Shown here one piece after another: positions 48,167-58,458 of a DNA stretch of 64,000 nucleotides (positions are counted from its first letter, which is position 1; every line of letters begins with the position of its first letter). The stretch is from Kofleriaceae bacterium. Lineage in GTDB: Bacteria > Myxococcota_A > Polyangia > Haliangiales > Haliangiaceae. The position numbers and the translations under genes are program-made. The stretch spans positions 8,502 through 72,501 of the forward strand of contig JBKJLC010000123.1 in NCBI GenBank assembly GCA_046597055.1. The letters run 5' to 3'. The notes under the pieces are model-generated. The model worked only from the letters and a program-made list of their open reading frames with translations, was not told the origin of the DNA and did no database searches.

Positions 48167-50731
48167 ATGCGGCGCTTCCTGGTGGTCCCTGCCCTGCTCG
48201 TCCCGCTGTCGGCGGCTGCCGGGGGCGCCGAGCACGAGTCCGACGTCGACGGCGACGGCAAGCCCGACCTCGTGCGGATCGAGGCGCCCGGGCAGATCGT
48301 GGTCGAGCGCGGGGGTGGCGGCGGCCAGGTGATCCCGCTCGGCCTGTCGGGCGAGCTGCGCGAGGCGACCTTGACGATCGCCGGCCCGGGCCGGCCGTTC
48401 GTGGTCGCGACCGCGCACATCGGCGACGGGTGGGAGGGCCTGGCGCTGCGCTGGGACGCCGGCGGGCTGCGCGAGGTGTGGCGCGGGCCGGTCGGGCCCG
48501 CCGGTGACGATGGCGAGTACGAGGTGTGGATCGCGGCGACCGCGGGCGGGCTGGTCCGCTGGCAGCAGCGCGCCGACCTGACCCGCTGCGACGGCGGACC
48601 GGTCGAGCTGTTCCGCGAGGGCTGGGATCCGCGCGCGCGCCGGTTCCGCCCGATCCGCCCGGGTGTCCGGATCCCGGACAAGCTACCGGTGGTCAAGGCG
48701 ACCGCGGAGCGCGGGGCCGCGGGCGCGGCGGCGGCGGGGTGGTACCGGGTCCGGCTGGGGTCGACCCAGGCCGGGGCCGATGACGCCGGCGAGCTGGTCG
48801 CGCCGCGCGCGCTCGGCGACGGCGACCCGGCGACCGCGTGGCGCGAGGACCGCGGCGGCGACGGCACCGGCGAGCTGTTCGACGTGCGACCCGCCACCCG
48901 CGGCGGGCGGGCGGCCGCGGTCCGGATCGTGCCCGGCGACGGCCAGAGCGCGGCGGCCCTGGCCGCCGGCAACCGGGTCGCGCGGCTCGCGGTGCTCGGC
49001 AAGACCGGCAGCGTGCTGATCGACGTACCTGATCCGGTGGCGGGCGGCGGCCCCGGCCAGGCCTACCTCGCCACCTTGCCCGCGCCGATCGACGGCTGCG
49101 TGACGATCGTGATCGTCGACGTCCACCGCGGCGCCCGGGCCCGGGCCGGCACCGGCGACACCGCGATCGCCGAGCTGGCGGTGCTGGCCGACGTCGAGCT
49201 GGCGCCAGGCGGGGCCGAGCCCCTGCTGGCCGCGCAGGTCGCCCAGGGCGGCGTCGCCGGCGACTCGGCCGCGCGCGCGCTGGCGACCCGGGGCGCGGCG
49301 GCGGTCGCCGCGCTCACCGCCGAGCTGGGGCGGGCGACCGGGGTGGTGCGGCCGCGGCTGCTCGGTGCGCTCGCCCAGCTCCGCGAGCCGGGCGTGGTCG
49401 CGCCGCTGGCGGAGGGGCTCGCGCGCGGCGAGCTGACGGAGCGTCGGCGCGACGACGCGGCCGCGCGGCTGGCCGAGCTGCCGCCGGCGGGGCCGGCCGC
49501 CCTGGCCGCGCTGGTCGCGCAGGCCGACGCCGACGAGGCAGGCCGGCTGGCGGCGGCGCGGGCCCTCGCGCGCATCGATCCGACCGCGATCGCCGGTGCG
49601 GCCGGGACCGGCAGTCGCAGCTTTCGCGCCGCCGTGGTCGCGCTGCTGGCGCCGGCGGGGGCCGCCGCGCTGGTCGCCCGGGTGCCGTCGGCCACCACGC
49701 CAGCGGCGCGCGCCGACCTGTGGCGGGCGGCCGGTAAGGCCGCGCTGCGGGCCGACGACGGTGCGCGTCCGGCGGTGGCCGCGATGCTGACCGCGCTCGC
49801 GGGCGAGGCCGACTACCAGGTCCGGTACCGGCTGGTCGCGGCGATCGCGCCGGTCGGCGACGCGACCGAGCTGGCCACGCTGGCCGGCTGGCTCGAGCGG
49901 GTCGGCGACGACGCGCGCGGGCGCGCGCTGCGCCGGGTCGGCGCGCAGGGCCTGGGCCATAACCCGGTGCCGGCGGCCCGGGCCGCGCTGACCGGGCTCG
50001 CCGGCGATCGCGATCCCGGGACCCGCCTGGCGGCGGTGACCGCGCTCGCGCTCGAGCCGCGCACGGCGGCGCCGCCGCCTGGCGGTCGCCCGGCCGCCGC
50101 GGCCGACGAGCCGGCCGCCCGCGCCGGCGCCGACCGCGCGCTGGCGACCGTGCTCGCGGGCGACTCGTGGCCCGAGCTGCGCCGCGGCGCGGCCTCGGCG
50201 CTCGGCCTCGCCTGTCAGCGCACCGGGCCGCGCACCGCGCTCGAGACCGCGACCGGCCGCGACCCCGACGTCGACGTGCGCATCGACGCGCTGACCGCGC
50301 TGGTCAGCTGCCGCGCGCCCGGCATCGCCGACCGGCTGCTGCAGGTCGCCGACGACGGCAAGGCACCGCTGCCGCTGCGCGACCGCGCGATCGCGCTGTA
50401 CGCCGGGCTGCCCGGCGAGGTCGGGGCCGTGCTGACCCGGTTCGAGCGCTGGCGCGGCCAGGCGTTCTCCGACGCGACCGCGCTCCGGCTGGCGGTGCGC
50501 GCGGCTGGCGCGCTCGGCGAACTGGGCGATCGCCGGGCGGCGGCGCCGCTGTTCGACGCCGCGCAGGACGCGGCGTTCCCCGAGCTGCAGGCGGCCGCGG
50601 TCACCGCGCTCGGGATGCTCGGGCCGCAGTGTCCGAAGCAGGCGGTGCCGCTCCTGCGCTCGCTCGCGCAGAGCGAGGAGCGCGGGGTCGCGCTGGCGGC
50701 GCGCGGGGCGATCGGGCGCTGCGGGACGTGA
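48167..50731 (+). CDS. Exported protein with discoidin-like domain and HEAT repeats
   Basis: Signal peptide, DVDGDGKPD motif, DGDPATAWRE..GTGE, TAIAEL, then Ala-rich HEAT repeats. Confidence 0.7.
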   Translation: MRRFLVVPALLVPLSAAAGGAEHESDVDGDGKPDLVRIEAPGQIVVERGGGGGQVIPLGLSGELREATLTIAGPGRPFVVATAHIGDGWEGLALRWDAGGLREVWRGPVGPAGDDGEYEVWIAATAGGLVRWQQRADLTRCDGGPVELFREGWDPRARRFRPIRPGVRIPDKLPVVKATAERGAAGAAAAGWYRVRLGSTQAGADDAGELVAPRALGDGDPATAWREDRGGDGTGELFDVRPATRGGRAAAVRIVPGDGQSAAALAAGNRVARLAVLGKTGSVLIDVPDPVAGGGPGQAYLATLPAPIDGCVTIVIVDVHRGARARAGTGDTAIAELAVLADVELAPGGAEPLLAAQVAQGGVAGDSAARALATRGAAAVAALTAELGRATGVVRPRLLGALAQLREPGVVAPLAEGLARGELTERRRDDAAARLAELPPAGPAALAALVAQADADEAGRLAAARALARIDPTAIAGAAGTGSRSFRAAVVALLAPAGAAALVARVPSATTPAARADLWRAAGKAALRADDGARPAVAAMLTALAGEADYQVRYRLVAAIAPVGDATELATLAGWLERVGDDARGRALRRVGAQGLGHNPVPAARAALTGLAGDRDPGTRLAAVTALALEPRTAAPPPGGRPAAAADEPAARAGADRALATVLAGDSWPELRRGAASALGLACQRTGPRTALETATGRDPDVDVRIDALTALVSCRAPGIADRLLQVADDGKAPLPLRDRAIALYAGLPGEVGAVLTRFERWRGQAFSDATALRLAVRAAGALGELGDRRAAAPLFDAAQDAAFPELQAAAVTALGMLGPQCPKQAVPLLRSLAQSEERGVALAARGAIGRCGT

Positions 50732-50747
50732 GCGGCGGGCGGGGGGA

Positions 50748-51974
50748 TCAGTCGGCGGCGCCGGCATCGGCAGCGGCACCGGCAGCCGCAGCGGCATCCG
50801 CAGCGGCAGCGGCACCGGCATCGGCAGCAGTGGAGGCGCCGGCGTCGCGGGCGGCGCCGACGTCCGGGCCGGCGGCGTCGGGTGCGGGCGTCTCGGTGCC
50901 GTCGGCGCCGACGATCTTGAACCTCCGGATGCCCACGAGCTGGCCACCGAGCGTCTCGGTCACGCACTGCCACGGGCCCTCGGGGTCGGCGGGCATCAGG
51001 CCGGGTGGGAGCTCGCTGCGGAAGACCTGGCCCTCGCCGTCGCAGGCCAGCTTGACCGGCGCGACCCGGGCTACCACGGTGCGGCGGTGCTTCCAGATGT
51101 GGACGACGTCCTCCTTGAGGCCGCCCGGCTCGACCAGGAGCGAGCCGCAGCGCAGGCCGTCGAGCTGGCTCTTGCGGATGACGTGCTTCGACGGCGGCTG
51201 GCACTCGTAGCTGCCGTAGCTGCCGTGGCCGACCGCGATCTCGGAGAGCGCCAGCGGCGCCGGTGGGATGGCCCGGCGGCCGTACACGACGGCGGCGAAC
51301 AGGACCAGCGTGACCGACAGCGTGATGACGATGCCGCGCGGCGAGAACACGGCGGCGTTCGAGAACGACAGCAGCGCGACCGACGGCGGGGTCGCAGCGG
51401 CGGCGATCAGGAGGCCGCTCAGGTGGGTGACCCCGAACACCAGCGGCAGGATCACGTTGAGCAGGCCGAACATCGCCAGGCCGTACATGGTCGACGCCAG
51501 CCAGCGGCGCTCCATGATCACGTTGTCGAACACCAGGTCCATCGTCGAGATCACCGCGCACGCGAGCAGCACCGGCGCCATCCACCAGTTCAGCGACGCG
51601 AGCGAGAACGTCGCGCTCGAGGCGTACAGCGGCACCAGGAAGAAGAACATCTGCTGGTAGAGCTGCTTGATGACGTAGTTGGTGCCGAAGCGGACGCCCT
51701 TCTTCAGCATGTGCTCGTGATCGCCGCGGTTGGCCGGCCCGACGATGAAGCGCAGCGCGACGAACATCAGCAGCCACGACAGGCCGAGCACCATCAGCAG
51801 CTTGTCGGCGTAGGCGAGGCCGTGGCGCGCGAACAGCATCACGCCCACGCCGAACGACAGCGCGAACAGGCTGTGGAACCACCAGATCCGCTTCACGATG
51901 CGCGCGAGGCGACTCGGCGGCGCCGGCGCCGGGGCCCCGGGCGGGGCCACCGAGTCAGGCGTCGCGCGCGGCAT
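50748..51974 (-). CDS. DUF2914-type membrane protein
   Basis: About seven TM helices, FFLVPLY, C-terminal VVHIW...WQCVTETLGGQLVG; start at 51974 or 51989. Confidence 0.7.
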   Translation of the reverse strand: MPRATPDSVAPPGAPAPAPPSRLARIVKRIWWFHSLFALSFGVGVMLFARHGLAYADKLLMVLGLSWLLMFVALRFIVGPANRGDHEHMLKKGVRFGTNYVIKQLYQQMFFFLVPLYASSATFSLASLNWWMAPVLLACAVISTMDLVFDNVIMERRWLASTMYGLAMFGLLNVILPLVFGVTHLSGLLIAAAATPPSVALLSFSNAAVFSPRGIVITLSVTLVLFAAVVYGRRAIPPAPLALSEIAVGHGSYGSYECQPPSKHVIRKSQLDGLRCGSLLVEPGGLKEDVVHIWKHRRTVVARVAPVKLACDGEGQVFRSELPPGLMPADPEGPWQCVTETLGGQLVGIRRFKIVGADGTETPAPDAAGPDVGAARDAGASTAADAGAAAAADAAAAAGAAADAGAAD

Positions 51975-53334
51975 CTGCGACCAGCTCACGGATGCGCTCG
52001 AGCGCGACCTCGAGGCGGGCCATGGGCGGCCCGAACGAGAAGCGCAGGTGCCGGCGGAAGCGCGAGTGGCGCCCGCCGCGGCGCTTGCCGGGATCGACGT
52101 CGAAGAAGTCGCCGGGCACCGTGATGACCTTCCGGTCGAGCGCGGCGCGGAAGAAGCTCATGCCGTCGTTGATCGACGGCGGCAGGTGCTGCGCCGACGC
52201 CCACACGTAGAACGTGCCCTCGGGCGGCAGGTCGATCGTGAAGCCGACGTCGCGCAGGCCGTTCAGCATGCGCTGGCGCTTCTTGCCGAACTCGGCCTGG
52301 ATCGCGCGGGTCTCGGCCAGGGTCGACTCGGGCTCGAGCAGCGGGATCGCGGCGCGCTGCAGCGGCCGCGATCCACCGCCGTCGAGGAACGAGCCAGCCG
52401 AGGTCACCGCCTCGATCACCTTCTTGGGGCCGATGGTCCAGGTCGTGCGCCAGCCCGGGTAGCGCCAGTTCTTGGTGAGCCCGTCGAGGATCACGACCGG
52501 ATCGCGATCGACGTCCTCGACGTAGCGGGCCGCGGTCGAGATGCCGCCCTGGGCCGCGAGATCGGGCCGCCACACGTAGTGCGAGTAGAACTCGTCGAAG
52601 ATGAGCGCGCAGTCGAGCTCGCGCGCGACCCCGACCCACTCGGCAAGCACGTCGCCGCCGATCACCTTGCCGGTCGGGTTGGCCGGGTTCGACAGCAGCA
52701 CCGCCGACAGGCCGCGACCCAGCACCTCGCGCCGCAGGTCGGCCGCGCTGAACGCGTAGCCGCGCTCGCCCTCGAGCAGGATCGGGATCGGCGAGAAGTT
52801 GCGGAAGACCGACAGCAGCTCCTCGTAGGCCGTGTAGTCGGGCAAGAAGTGCCCGAGGTTGATGTGCCCGAGCGAGGCGGCCAGGCGGGTCAGCGCGGTG
52901 CGGCCGCCACCCGACAGCGCGACGTTCTCGGCCGAATACTGGGTCGGCATGCCGCGGCGGAACAGCCGGTTGTAGAGCGAGGCGATCGCCTCGCGCAGCT
53001 CGATGACGCCGGACACCGGCGCGTACTCCTGATCGGCCGGATCGATCGTCACCGCGTGCTGGCGCGGCGGCGCGCCCGGCAGCGCATCGGCCTCGGGCAT
53101 ACCCTGACCGAGGTTGCACCAGTCGCCGCCGTCAGGATCGAAGCCGCGCTTGCGGGCCTCGCTGGTGACGAAGATGACACCGGTGCGCGGGACCTCGCGG
53201 AACGCCGACAGCGTCGCCGGGAGCGCGTCGGCGGTCGCGACCGCCGGCGGCGCCGCAGCCGCCGCAGCCGCGGCGCCCGCATCCGACGCGGAGACGAGGG
53301 TGGGCAGCGGGCGGGGACCGGACGGCTTCGTCAT
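51955..53334 (-). CDS. PLP-dependent aminotransferase class I/II
   Basis: NLGQGMPE, SNPANPTG, IFDEFY, LTKNWRYPGWR (PLP lysine), PEGTFY, LRFSF. Confidence 0.92.
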   Translation of the reverse strand: MTKPSGPRPLPTLVSASDAGAAAAAAAAPPAVATADALPATLSAFREVPRTGVIFVTSEARKRGFDPDGGDWCNLGQGMPEADALPGAPPRQHAVTIDPADQEYAPVSGVIELREAIASLYNRLFRRGMPTQYSAENVALSGGGRTALTRLAASLGHINLGHFLPDYTAYEELLSVFRNFSPIPILLEGERGYAFSAADLRREVLGRGLSAVLLSNPANPTGKVIGGDVLAEWVGVARELDCALIFDEFYSHYVWRPDLAAQGGISTAARYVEDVDRDPVVILDGLTKNWRYPGWRTTWTIGPKKVIEAVTSAGSFLDGGGSRPLQRAAIPLLEPESTLAETRAIQAEFGKKRQRMLNGLRDVGFTIDLPPEGTFYVWASAQHLPPSINDGMSFFRAALDRKVITVPGDFFDVDPGKRRGGRHSRFRRHLRFSFGPPMARLEVALERIRELVADAARDA

Positions 53335-53516
53335 GGGACGACCTCTATACCAGACCGCCGCCGACGTTCGAACGAGGGTCGATCGCGGTGATCGCGACGC
53401 TGAGCCGTGCTCGGCCGACGCGATCGCCGGAGCCCGCGACCTGCGCGCCCGGCGCCGGCGGCGCCTCGGGAGTCGCCCCGGCTGCGGTCCACGGGGCGGC
53501 GTGATAGCGTGCCCGC

Positions 53517-54386
53517 GTGCCGACCTTCGCCGATGTTCGTGGCCAGGATCGCGCCGTGGCGGTCCTCCGCCAGGCGATCGAGCACCGCCGCCTGCACCAC
53601 GCCTTCCTGTTCTCCGGACCGAGCGGGGTCGGCAAGCGCACCGCGGCGCTGGCGCTGGCGTCGGCGCTGAACTGCGAGGTCGCACCCGGGGTCGGATGCG
53701 GCACCTGCCAGATTTGCACCCGGATCACCGACGGCACGCATCCCGACGTGATCACGCTCGCGCGCGAGGGCGCCGCGCAGATCGTCCCGATCGAGACGGT
53801 GCGGACCCGGGTGGTCGCCGCGGTCGGCCTGCCGCCCCACGAGGCGCACGAGCGCGTGTTCCTGATCGACGAGGCCAACTCGCTGCAGCCGGCCGCCGCC
53901 AACTGTCTGCTGAAGACGCTCGAGGAGCCGCCGGCGCGGACCCGCTTCGTGCTGATGACGATCGCGCCCGACCAGCTGCTCCCGACCATCCGCAGCCGCT
54001 GCCAGCGGGTCGGGTTCGCGCCGCTCGGGATCGAGGCGCGGCAGGCCGCGCAGGGCGGAGAGGCCGAGCCGGTGGTCATGGCCGCGCGCGCGCTGATCGC
54101 CGCGATCGACGCGGCGCCGGCCGACGCCCGCAGCGCCGCGATCCGGCTCGCCCAGAAGGCGAGCGAGGACAAGCTCGACGTCGCGGCGGCGATCGAGCTG
54201 GCGGCGATCGAGCTCGGCGATCGGGCCCGGACCGCGGCCGAGGGCGGCGATGTCGCCGCAGCCCGGCGCGCGGCCCGGCTGGCCGGCGCGCTGCTGTCGA
54301 CCCACACCGCGCTCGCGCTGCACAACGGCCACGGTGGCATCTCGCTCGAGGCGATCGCGTACCGGCTGCAGCGAGGTGCGGCGTGA
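53517..54386 (+). CDS. holB: DNA polymerase III delta-prime subunit
   Basis: HAFLFSGPSGVGKRT, CGTCQIC, HPDV, AANCLLKTLEEPP, LLPTIRSRCQ; synteny with ricT-metG. Confidence 0.88.
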   Translation: MPTFADVRGQDRAVAVLRQAIEHRRLHHAFLFSGPSGVGKRTAALALASALNCEVAPGVGCGTCQICTRITDGTHPDVITLAREGAAQIVPIETVRTRVVAAVGLPPHEAHERVFLIDEANSLQPAAANCLLKTLEEPPARTRFVLMTIAPDQLLPTIRSRCQRVGFAPLGIEARQAAQGGEAEPVVMAARALIAAIDAAPADARSAAIRLAQKASEDKLDVAAAIELAAIELGDRARTAAEGGDVAAARRAARLAGALLSTHTALALHNGHGGISLEAIAYRLQRGAA

Positions 54387-56305
54387 CCGACGGCGAGGGC
54401 GGCGGTGGCGGCGCGCCCCCGGGCGATCCCGCTCGGCGACGCCGGCGACGCCGGCGCGGCGAGGGTGATGGCGAGGGCGCAGCGCGCCCCGACGGCGCGG
54501 CACGCCCCGACGGCGAGGGTGTAGCGCTCGGCCAGCCACCGGTCGCCCTGAGCGAAGCGCGTAGCGCGGAGTCGAAGGGCGCCCTCCAACCGGATGCGCC
54601 GGCGACGTCCCGTCCGCCGCGGCAGCAGGGTCCGCGTCCTGAGGGTGGCGGCGGTCGGCCTGCACAGGGCGGTCGCGGGCAGCAAGGCAGCGGACGCGCA
54701 CCGCCAGGTGGCGGACAGCCGTCAGGGCCCGGCGGAAATCGGCAGCCGCGGGGCGGTCGCCCCGCGCAAGGCGGAAGTGCCCGGCAGCCCCAGCCGGGCG
54801 GCCGGCCCGCGCAGGGCGGCGGTCGCCCCCAGGTTCAGCCGGCCATGGGCGGCGGCGGTAGTCGGGCGCAGCCGCCGCAAGGCGCCGCGCGTGCCGAGGG
54901 CGGGCCCGGAGGCGGTCGCGCCCAGGGCGGTAACCACGCCGACCGTGGCGGCGGTGCCCGGCCCGATCGCGGCGGCGACGCTGCGCGGACCGAGCGCGAT
55001 CCTCGCGGCAACCAACTTGACGACCCGCGGGGCACCCGCGCCGAGCGCGACGCGCGCGGCCCCGCCAGCGGGCGCCCCGACGGTACCGACCGTGGCGAGC
55101 GCGCCGCCCGCCCCGCCGCCCCGACCGGGGTCGACGTAGCGTGGGACGACGCCGATCCCAGCGTCGATGGCCCGGCCGCCCCAACGGCCCCCCCCGCCGA
55201 CGACGACGGTCCGGCGCCCGCGATCACCCTCGGCGCCGATCTCCCGCTCGAGCCCGCCAGCGATGATCGCGATCCGCTGACCGTCGACCAGGGCGCGGCC
55301 ACCGCCGACGCGCTGGGCCGCCCGGTCGCGACCCTCGTCGGCGTCCGCCTGGTCACCACCGGTCGCGTCTACTGGTGCGAGGCCGCCGACGTCGACTACC
55401 AGCTGGGCGATCGCGTCGTCGTCGAGGGCGAGCGCTCGACCCGGGTCGCCACCGTCGCGGTGCCGCCGGCCCGCCGCGCGCACGACGAGCGGACCGTGCG
55501 CCGGGTCCTGCGCAAGGCCAACGCCGCCGACCTCGCGGGTCTGGAGCTCGACAGCGCGCGGGCCGACGTGGTCCTGCGTCAGGCCAAGGACAAGGCTCGC
55601 GCCCTGAACCTGCCGATCAAGGTGTTCCGGGTCGAGTACACCCAGGCGCCGTCGGCGTCGGGCAAGGGCGGCAAGCTCGACCTGTATTACACGTCGGACG
55701 AGCGGGTCGAGCTGCGCGAGTTCATGCGCGACCTCGGCACCACCACCGGCGCGCGCATCGAGCTGCGCCAGGTCGGCGTGCGCGACGAGGCCAAGCAGGT
55801 CGGCGGCATCGGCAGCTGCGGGCTCGAGCTGTGCTGCTCGACCTGGTTGCCCGACTTCGTCCCGGTCTCCATCAAGATGGCGAAGGACCAGGGCATGGTG
55901 CTCAACCCCACCAAGGTGTCGGGCCAGTGCGGCCGGCTCAAGTGTTGCCTGGTCTACGAGCAAGCGACCTACGCGGAGATGCGCAAGGGCCTGCCCAAGC
56001 TCGGCAAGCGCGTCATCACCGAGCAGGGTGAAGGCCGGGTGGTCGAGGTCGACGTGCTGCGCCAGCGGGTGCGGGTCGCGTTCGGCCCAGGCGAGAGCCA
56101 GGTGATGGAGGCGGCCGACGTCAAGCCGATGTTCCCGGCGCAGTCCCCCGCCGGTCGCGGCGCCGCACCGGGCGACGCCTCCGACGACGATCAAGACTCG
56201 GACGACCCGCCCGACCCGGCCGACGCCCCCGGCGAGCCAACCCGCGCGCCGCCCTCCTCCGCGCCGCCGGCCCCGTCCACCGACGACCCAGAAGACCTGT
56301 CATGA
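54383..56305 (+). CDS. ricT: RicT/YaaT (PSP1 domain) protein with a long low-complexity N-terminus
   Basis: RIELRQVGVRDEAK, GGIGSCGLELCC, VSIKMAKDQ, GQCGRLKCCLVYE; GTG overlaps the holB stop; the true start is uncertain. Confidence 0.85.
   Translation: MTDGEGGGGGAPPGDPARRRRRRRRGEGDGEGAARPDGAARPDGEGVALGQPPVALSEARSAESKGALQPDAPATSRPPRQQGPRPEGGGGRPAQGGRGQQGSGRAPPGGGQPSGPGGNRQPRGGRPAQGGSARQPQPGGRPAQGGGRPQVQPAMGGGGSRAQPPQGAARAEGGPGGGRAQGGNHADRGGGARPDRGGDAARTERDPRGNQLDDPRGTRAERDARGPASGRPDGTDRGERAARPAAPTGVDVAWDDADPSVDGPAAPTAPPADDDGPAPAITLGADLPLEPASDDRDPLTVDQGAATADALGRPVATLVGVRLVTTGRVYWCEAADVDYQLGDRVVVEGERSTRVATVAVPPARRAHDERTVRRVLRKANAADLAGLELDSARADVVLRQAKDKARALNLPIKVFRVEYTQAPSASGKGGKLDLYYTSDERVELREFMRDLGTTTGARIELRQVGVRDEAKQVGGIGSCGLELCCSTWLPDFVPVSIKMAKDQGMVLNPTKVSGQCGRLKCCLVYEQATYAEMRKGLPKLGKRVITEQGEGRVVEVDVLRQRVRVAFGPGESQVMEAADVKPMFPAQSPAGRGAAPGDASDDDQDSDDPPDPADAPGEPTRAPPSSAPPAPSTDDPEDLS
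54539..54580 (+). repeat. REP-like unit inside the ricT reading frame
   Basis: CCGGTCGCCCTGAGCGAA-GCGC-GTA-GCGC-GGAGTCGAAGGGC versus CCGGTGGCCCTGAGCC-GGCGCC-GCA-GGCGCC-GTGTCGAAGGGC at 5210. Confidence 0.7.
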
Positions 56306-58458
56306 CCCGCCCCTTCTACGTCACCACCCCGATCTACTACGTCAACGACGTGCCCCACCTCGGGCACGCGTACACCACGATCGTCGCCGACGTGCTCGCG
56401 CGCTTCCATCACATGGGCGGCGACGACGTCCGCTTCGTGACCGGGACCGACGAGCACGGCCAGAAGATCCAGGAGGCCGCCGACCAGCGCGGCCTGACCC
56501 CGCGCGCGCTGTGCGACCAGGTCGCGCCGCGCTTCCTCGAGACCTGGCAGCGCCTGGGCATGGCGTTCGGCGACGACGGCGTCGCGCGCCACGGCTTCGC
56601 GCGCGACTTCATCCGCACCACCGAGGACCGCCACAAGCACGTGGCCCAGGGCCTGTGGGCGCGCATCCAGGAGCGCAACCCCGACGACCTCTACCTCGGC
56701 CACTACGAGGGTTGGTACTGCGTCGGCTGCGAGGAGTACTACACCGACAGCCAGCTCAAGAAGAACCCGGCCGGCGAGCAGGTGTGCCCGGTCCACGAGC
56801 GCCCGGTGTCGTGGGTGACCAAGGAGAGCTCGTACTTCTTCCGGCTGTCGGCATACGCCGACCGCCTCATCGAGCACATCGAGCGCCACCCGCACTTCAT
56901 CCAGCCCGAGCAGTACCGCAAGGAGGTGCTGTCGTTCCTCCGCGGCGGGCTGCGCGATCTGTCCGTGTCCCGGACGAGCTTCTCGTGGGGCATCCCGGTC
57001 CCCGACGACGCGCGCCACCCCGGCGAGGCCGCCAAGCACGTCATGTACGTGTGGTTCGACGCGCTGACCAACTACCTGTCGTCGCTCGGCGATCCGTTCG
57101 CGGCCACGTCCGACCCCACGGTCGAGCGGTTCTGGCGCACGGCGCTCCACGTGATCGGCAAGGACATCCTCCGCTTCCACGCGGTGTACTGGCCAGCGTT
57201 CCTGCTCGCGGCCGGGCTGCCGCTGCCCCGCGGCGTCCTGTGCCACGGCTGGTGGACCATCGGCGGTCGCAAGATCTCGAAGTCGATCCCGGCGACCCGG
57301 GTGTCGCCGCTCGAGCTGGCCGCCGATCTCGCGAGCACCTCGGCGGTGCCCGCGACCGGCGTCGACGCGGTCCGCTACTTCCTGCTGCGCGAGACCCCGC
57401 TCGGTAACGACGGCGATCTCATCTACGAGGGCCTGGTCGAGCGCTACAACGCCGACCTCGCCAACGACCTCGGCAACCTGATCAACCGCAGCCTGACGAT
57501 GATCGTCCGCTACGGCGCTGGCGGCGCCGGCACCCGCGACCCCGCGCTGGCCGCGGTCGGTCCGCACGCGCAGCTGGCCCGGGTCGCGGGCGAGGCCGTG
57601 CGCGACGCCCACATGGCCCTCGAGAACCTGCAGCCGTCGCGCGCGCTCGAGGCGATGTGGCGGCTGGTCCGCGAGGCCAACAGCTACATCGCCGCGACCG
57701 AGCCGTGGACGCTGGCCAAGGATCCCGCGCGCCGGCCCGAGCTGGAGCACGTGCTGCACACGCTGTCGGCGGCGCTGTGGTGGGTGCGCCTGGTGATCGC
57801 GCCGGTGCTGCCGGCGACCGCGCTGGCGCTCGACGGCTGGCTCGGTGGCGGGGTGGCGGAGAAGGATGCCCGGTGGCCGCGCGAGGGCGAGTTCGGGACG
57901 GATCTGCCGCGGCTGACGCCGACCGCGTCGAGCCCGCTGTATCCGCGGATCGATGACAAGCGGACCGCGGTGCTGCTGGAGAAGTGGTTGCCGGCGGAGT
58001 ACCGGGAGGCGGCAGCGGCAGCAGCACCGGCAGCAGCACCGGCAGCGGCAGCGGCACCGGCAACCGCAACGGCAGCGGCAGCGGCACCGGCACCGGCAGT
58101 GGCAGCGGCAGCGGCACCGGCGGCGCTCCTGCCGCAGATCGTCTACGACGACTTCGCGAAGATCGATCTGCGCGTCGGGACGGTCGTCGCCGCCGAGGCG
58201 GTGCCGAAGGCGAAGAAGCTGCTGAAGCTCACGGTCGATCTCGGCGAGGGTCGGGTGCGCACGATCGTCGCCGGCATCGCCGAGGCGTTCGCGCCGGCGG
58301 CGCTGGTCGGCCAGCAGGTCCTGGTGGTCGCCAACCTCGCGCCGCGCGAGCTGCGCGGGTTGACCAGCGAGGGCATGATCTTGGCCGCCGGCGACGAGGC
58401 GATCCTGGCGCTGGGCGGGGTCGCGTCGCCGGTGCCGCCGGGCACCCGCATCAAGTGA
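56302..58458 (+). CDS. metG: Methionyl-tRNA synthetase
   Basis: FYVTTPIYYVN..PHLGHAY, GTDEHGQKI, YVWFDAL, IGKDILRFH, KISKS; Ala/Pro linker (about 58009-58125) and C-terminal tRNA-binding domain. Confidence 0.97.
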   Translation: MTRPFYVTTPIYYVNDVPHLGHAYTTIVADVLARFHHMGGDDVRFVTGTDEHGQKIQEAADQRGLTPRALCDQVAPRFLETWQRLGMAFGDDGVARHGFARDFIRTTEDRHKHVAQGLWARIQERNPDDLYLGHYEGWYCVGCEEYYTDSQLKKNPAGEQVCPVHERPVSWVTKESSYFFRLSAYADRLIEHIERHPHFIQPEQYRKEVLSFLRGGLRDLSVSRTSFSWGIPVPDDARHPGEAAKHVMYVWFDALTNYLSSLGDPFAATSDPTVERFWRTALHVIGKDILRFHAVYWPAFLLAAGLPLPRGVLCHGWWTIGGRKISKSIPATRVSPLELAADLASTSAVPATGVDAVRYFLLRETPLGNDGDLIYEGLVERYNADLANDLGNLINRSLTMIVRYGAGGAGTRDPALAAVGPHAQLARVAGEAVRDAHMALENLQPSRALEAMWRLVREANSYIAATEPWTLAKDPARRPELEHVLHTLSAALWWVRLVIAPVLPATALALDGWLGGGVAEKDARWPREGEFGTDLPRLTPTASSPLYPRIDDKRTAVLLEKWLPAEYREAAAAAAPAAAPAAAAAPATATAAAAAPAPAVAAAAAPAALLPQIVYDDFAKIDLRVGTVVAAEAVPKAKKLLKLTVDLGEGRVRTIVAGIAEAFAPAALVGQQVLVVANLAPRELRGLTSEGMILAAGDEAILALGGVASPVPPGTRIK

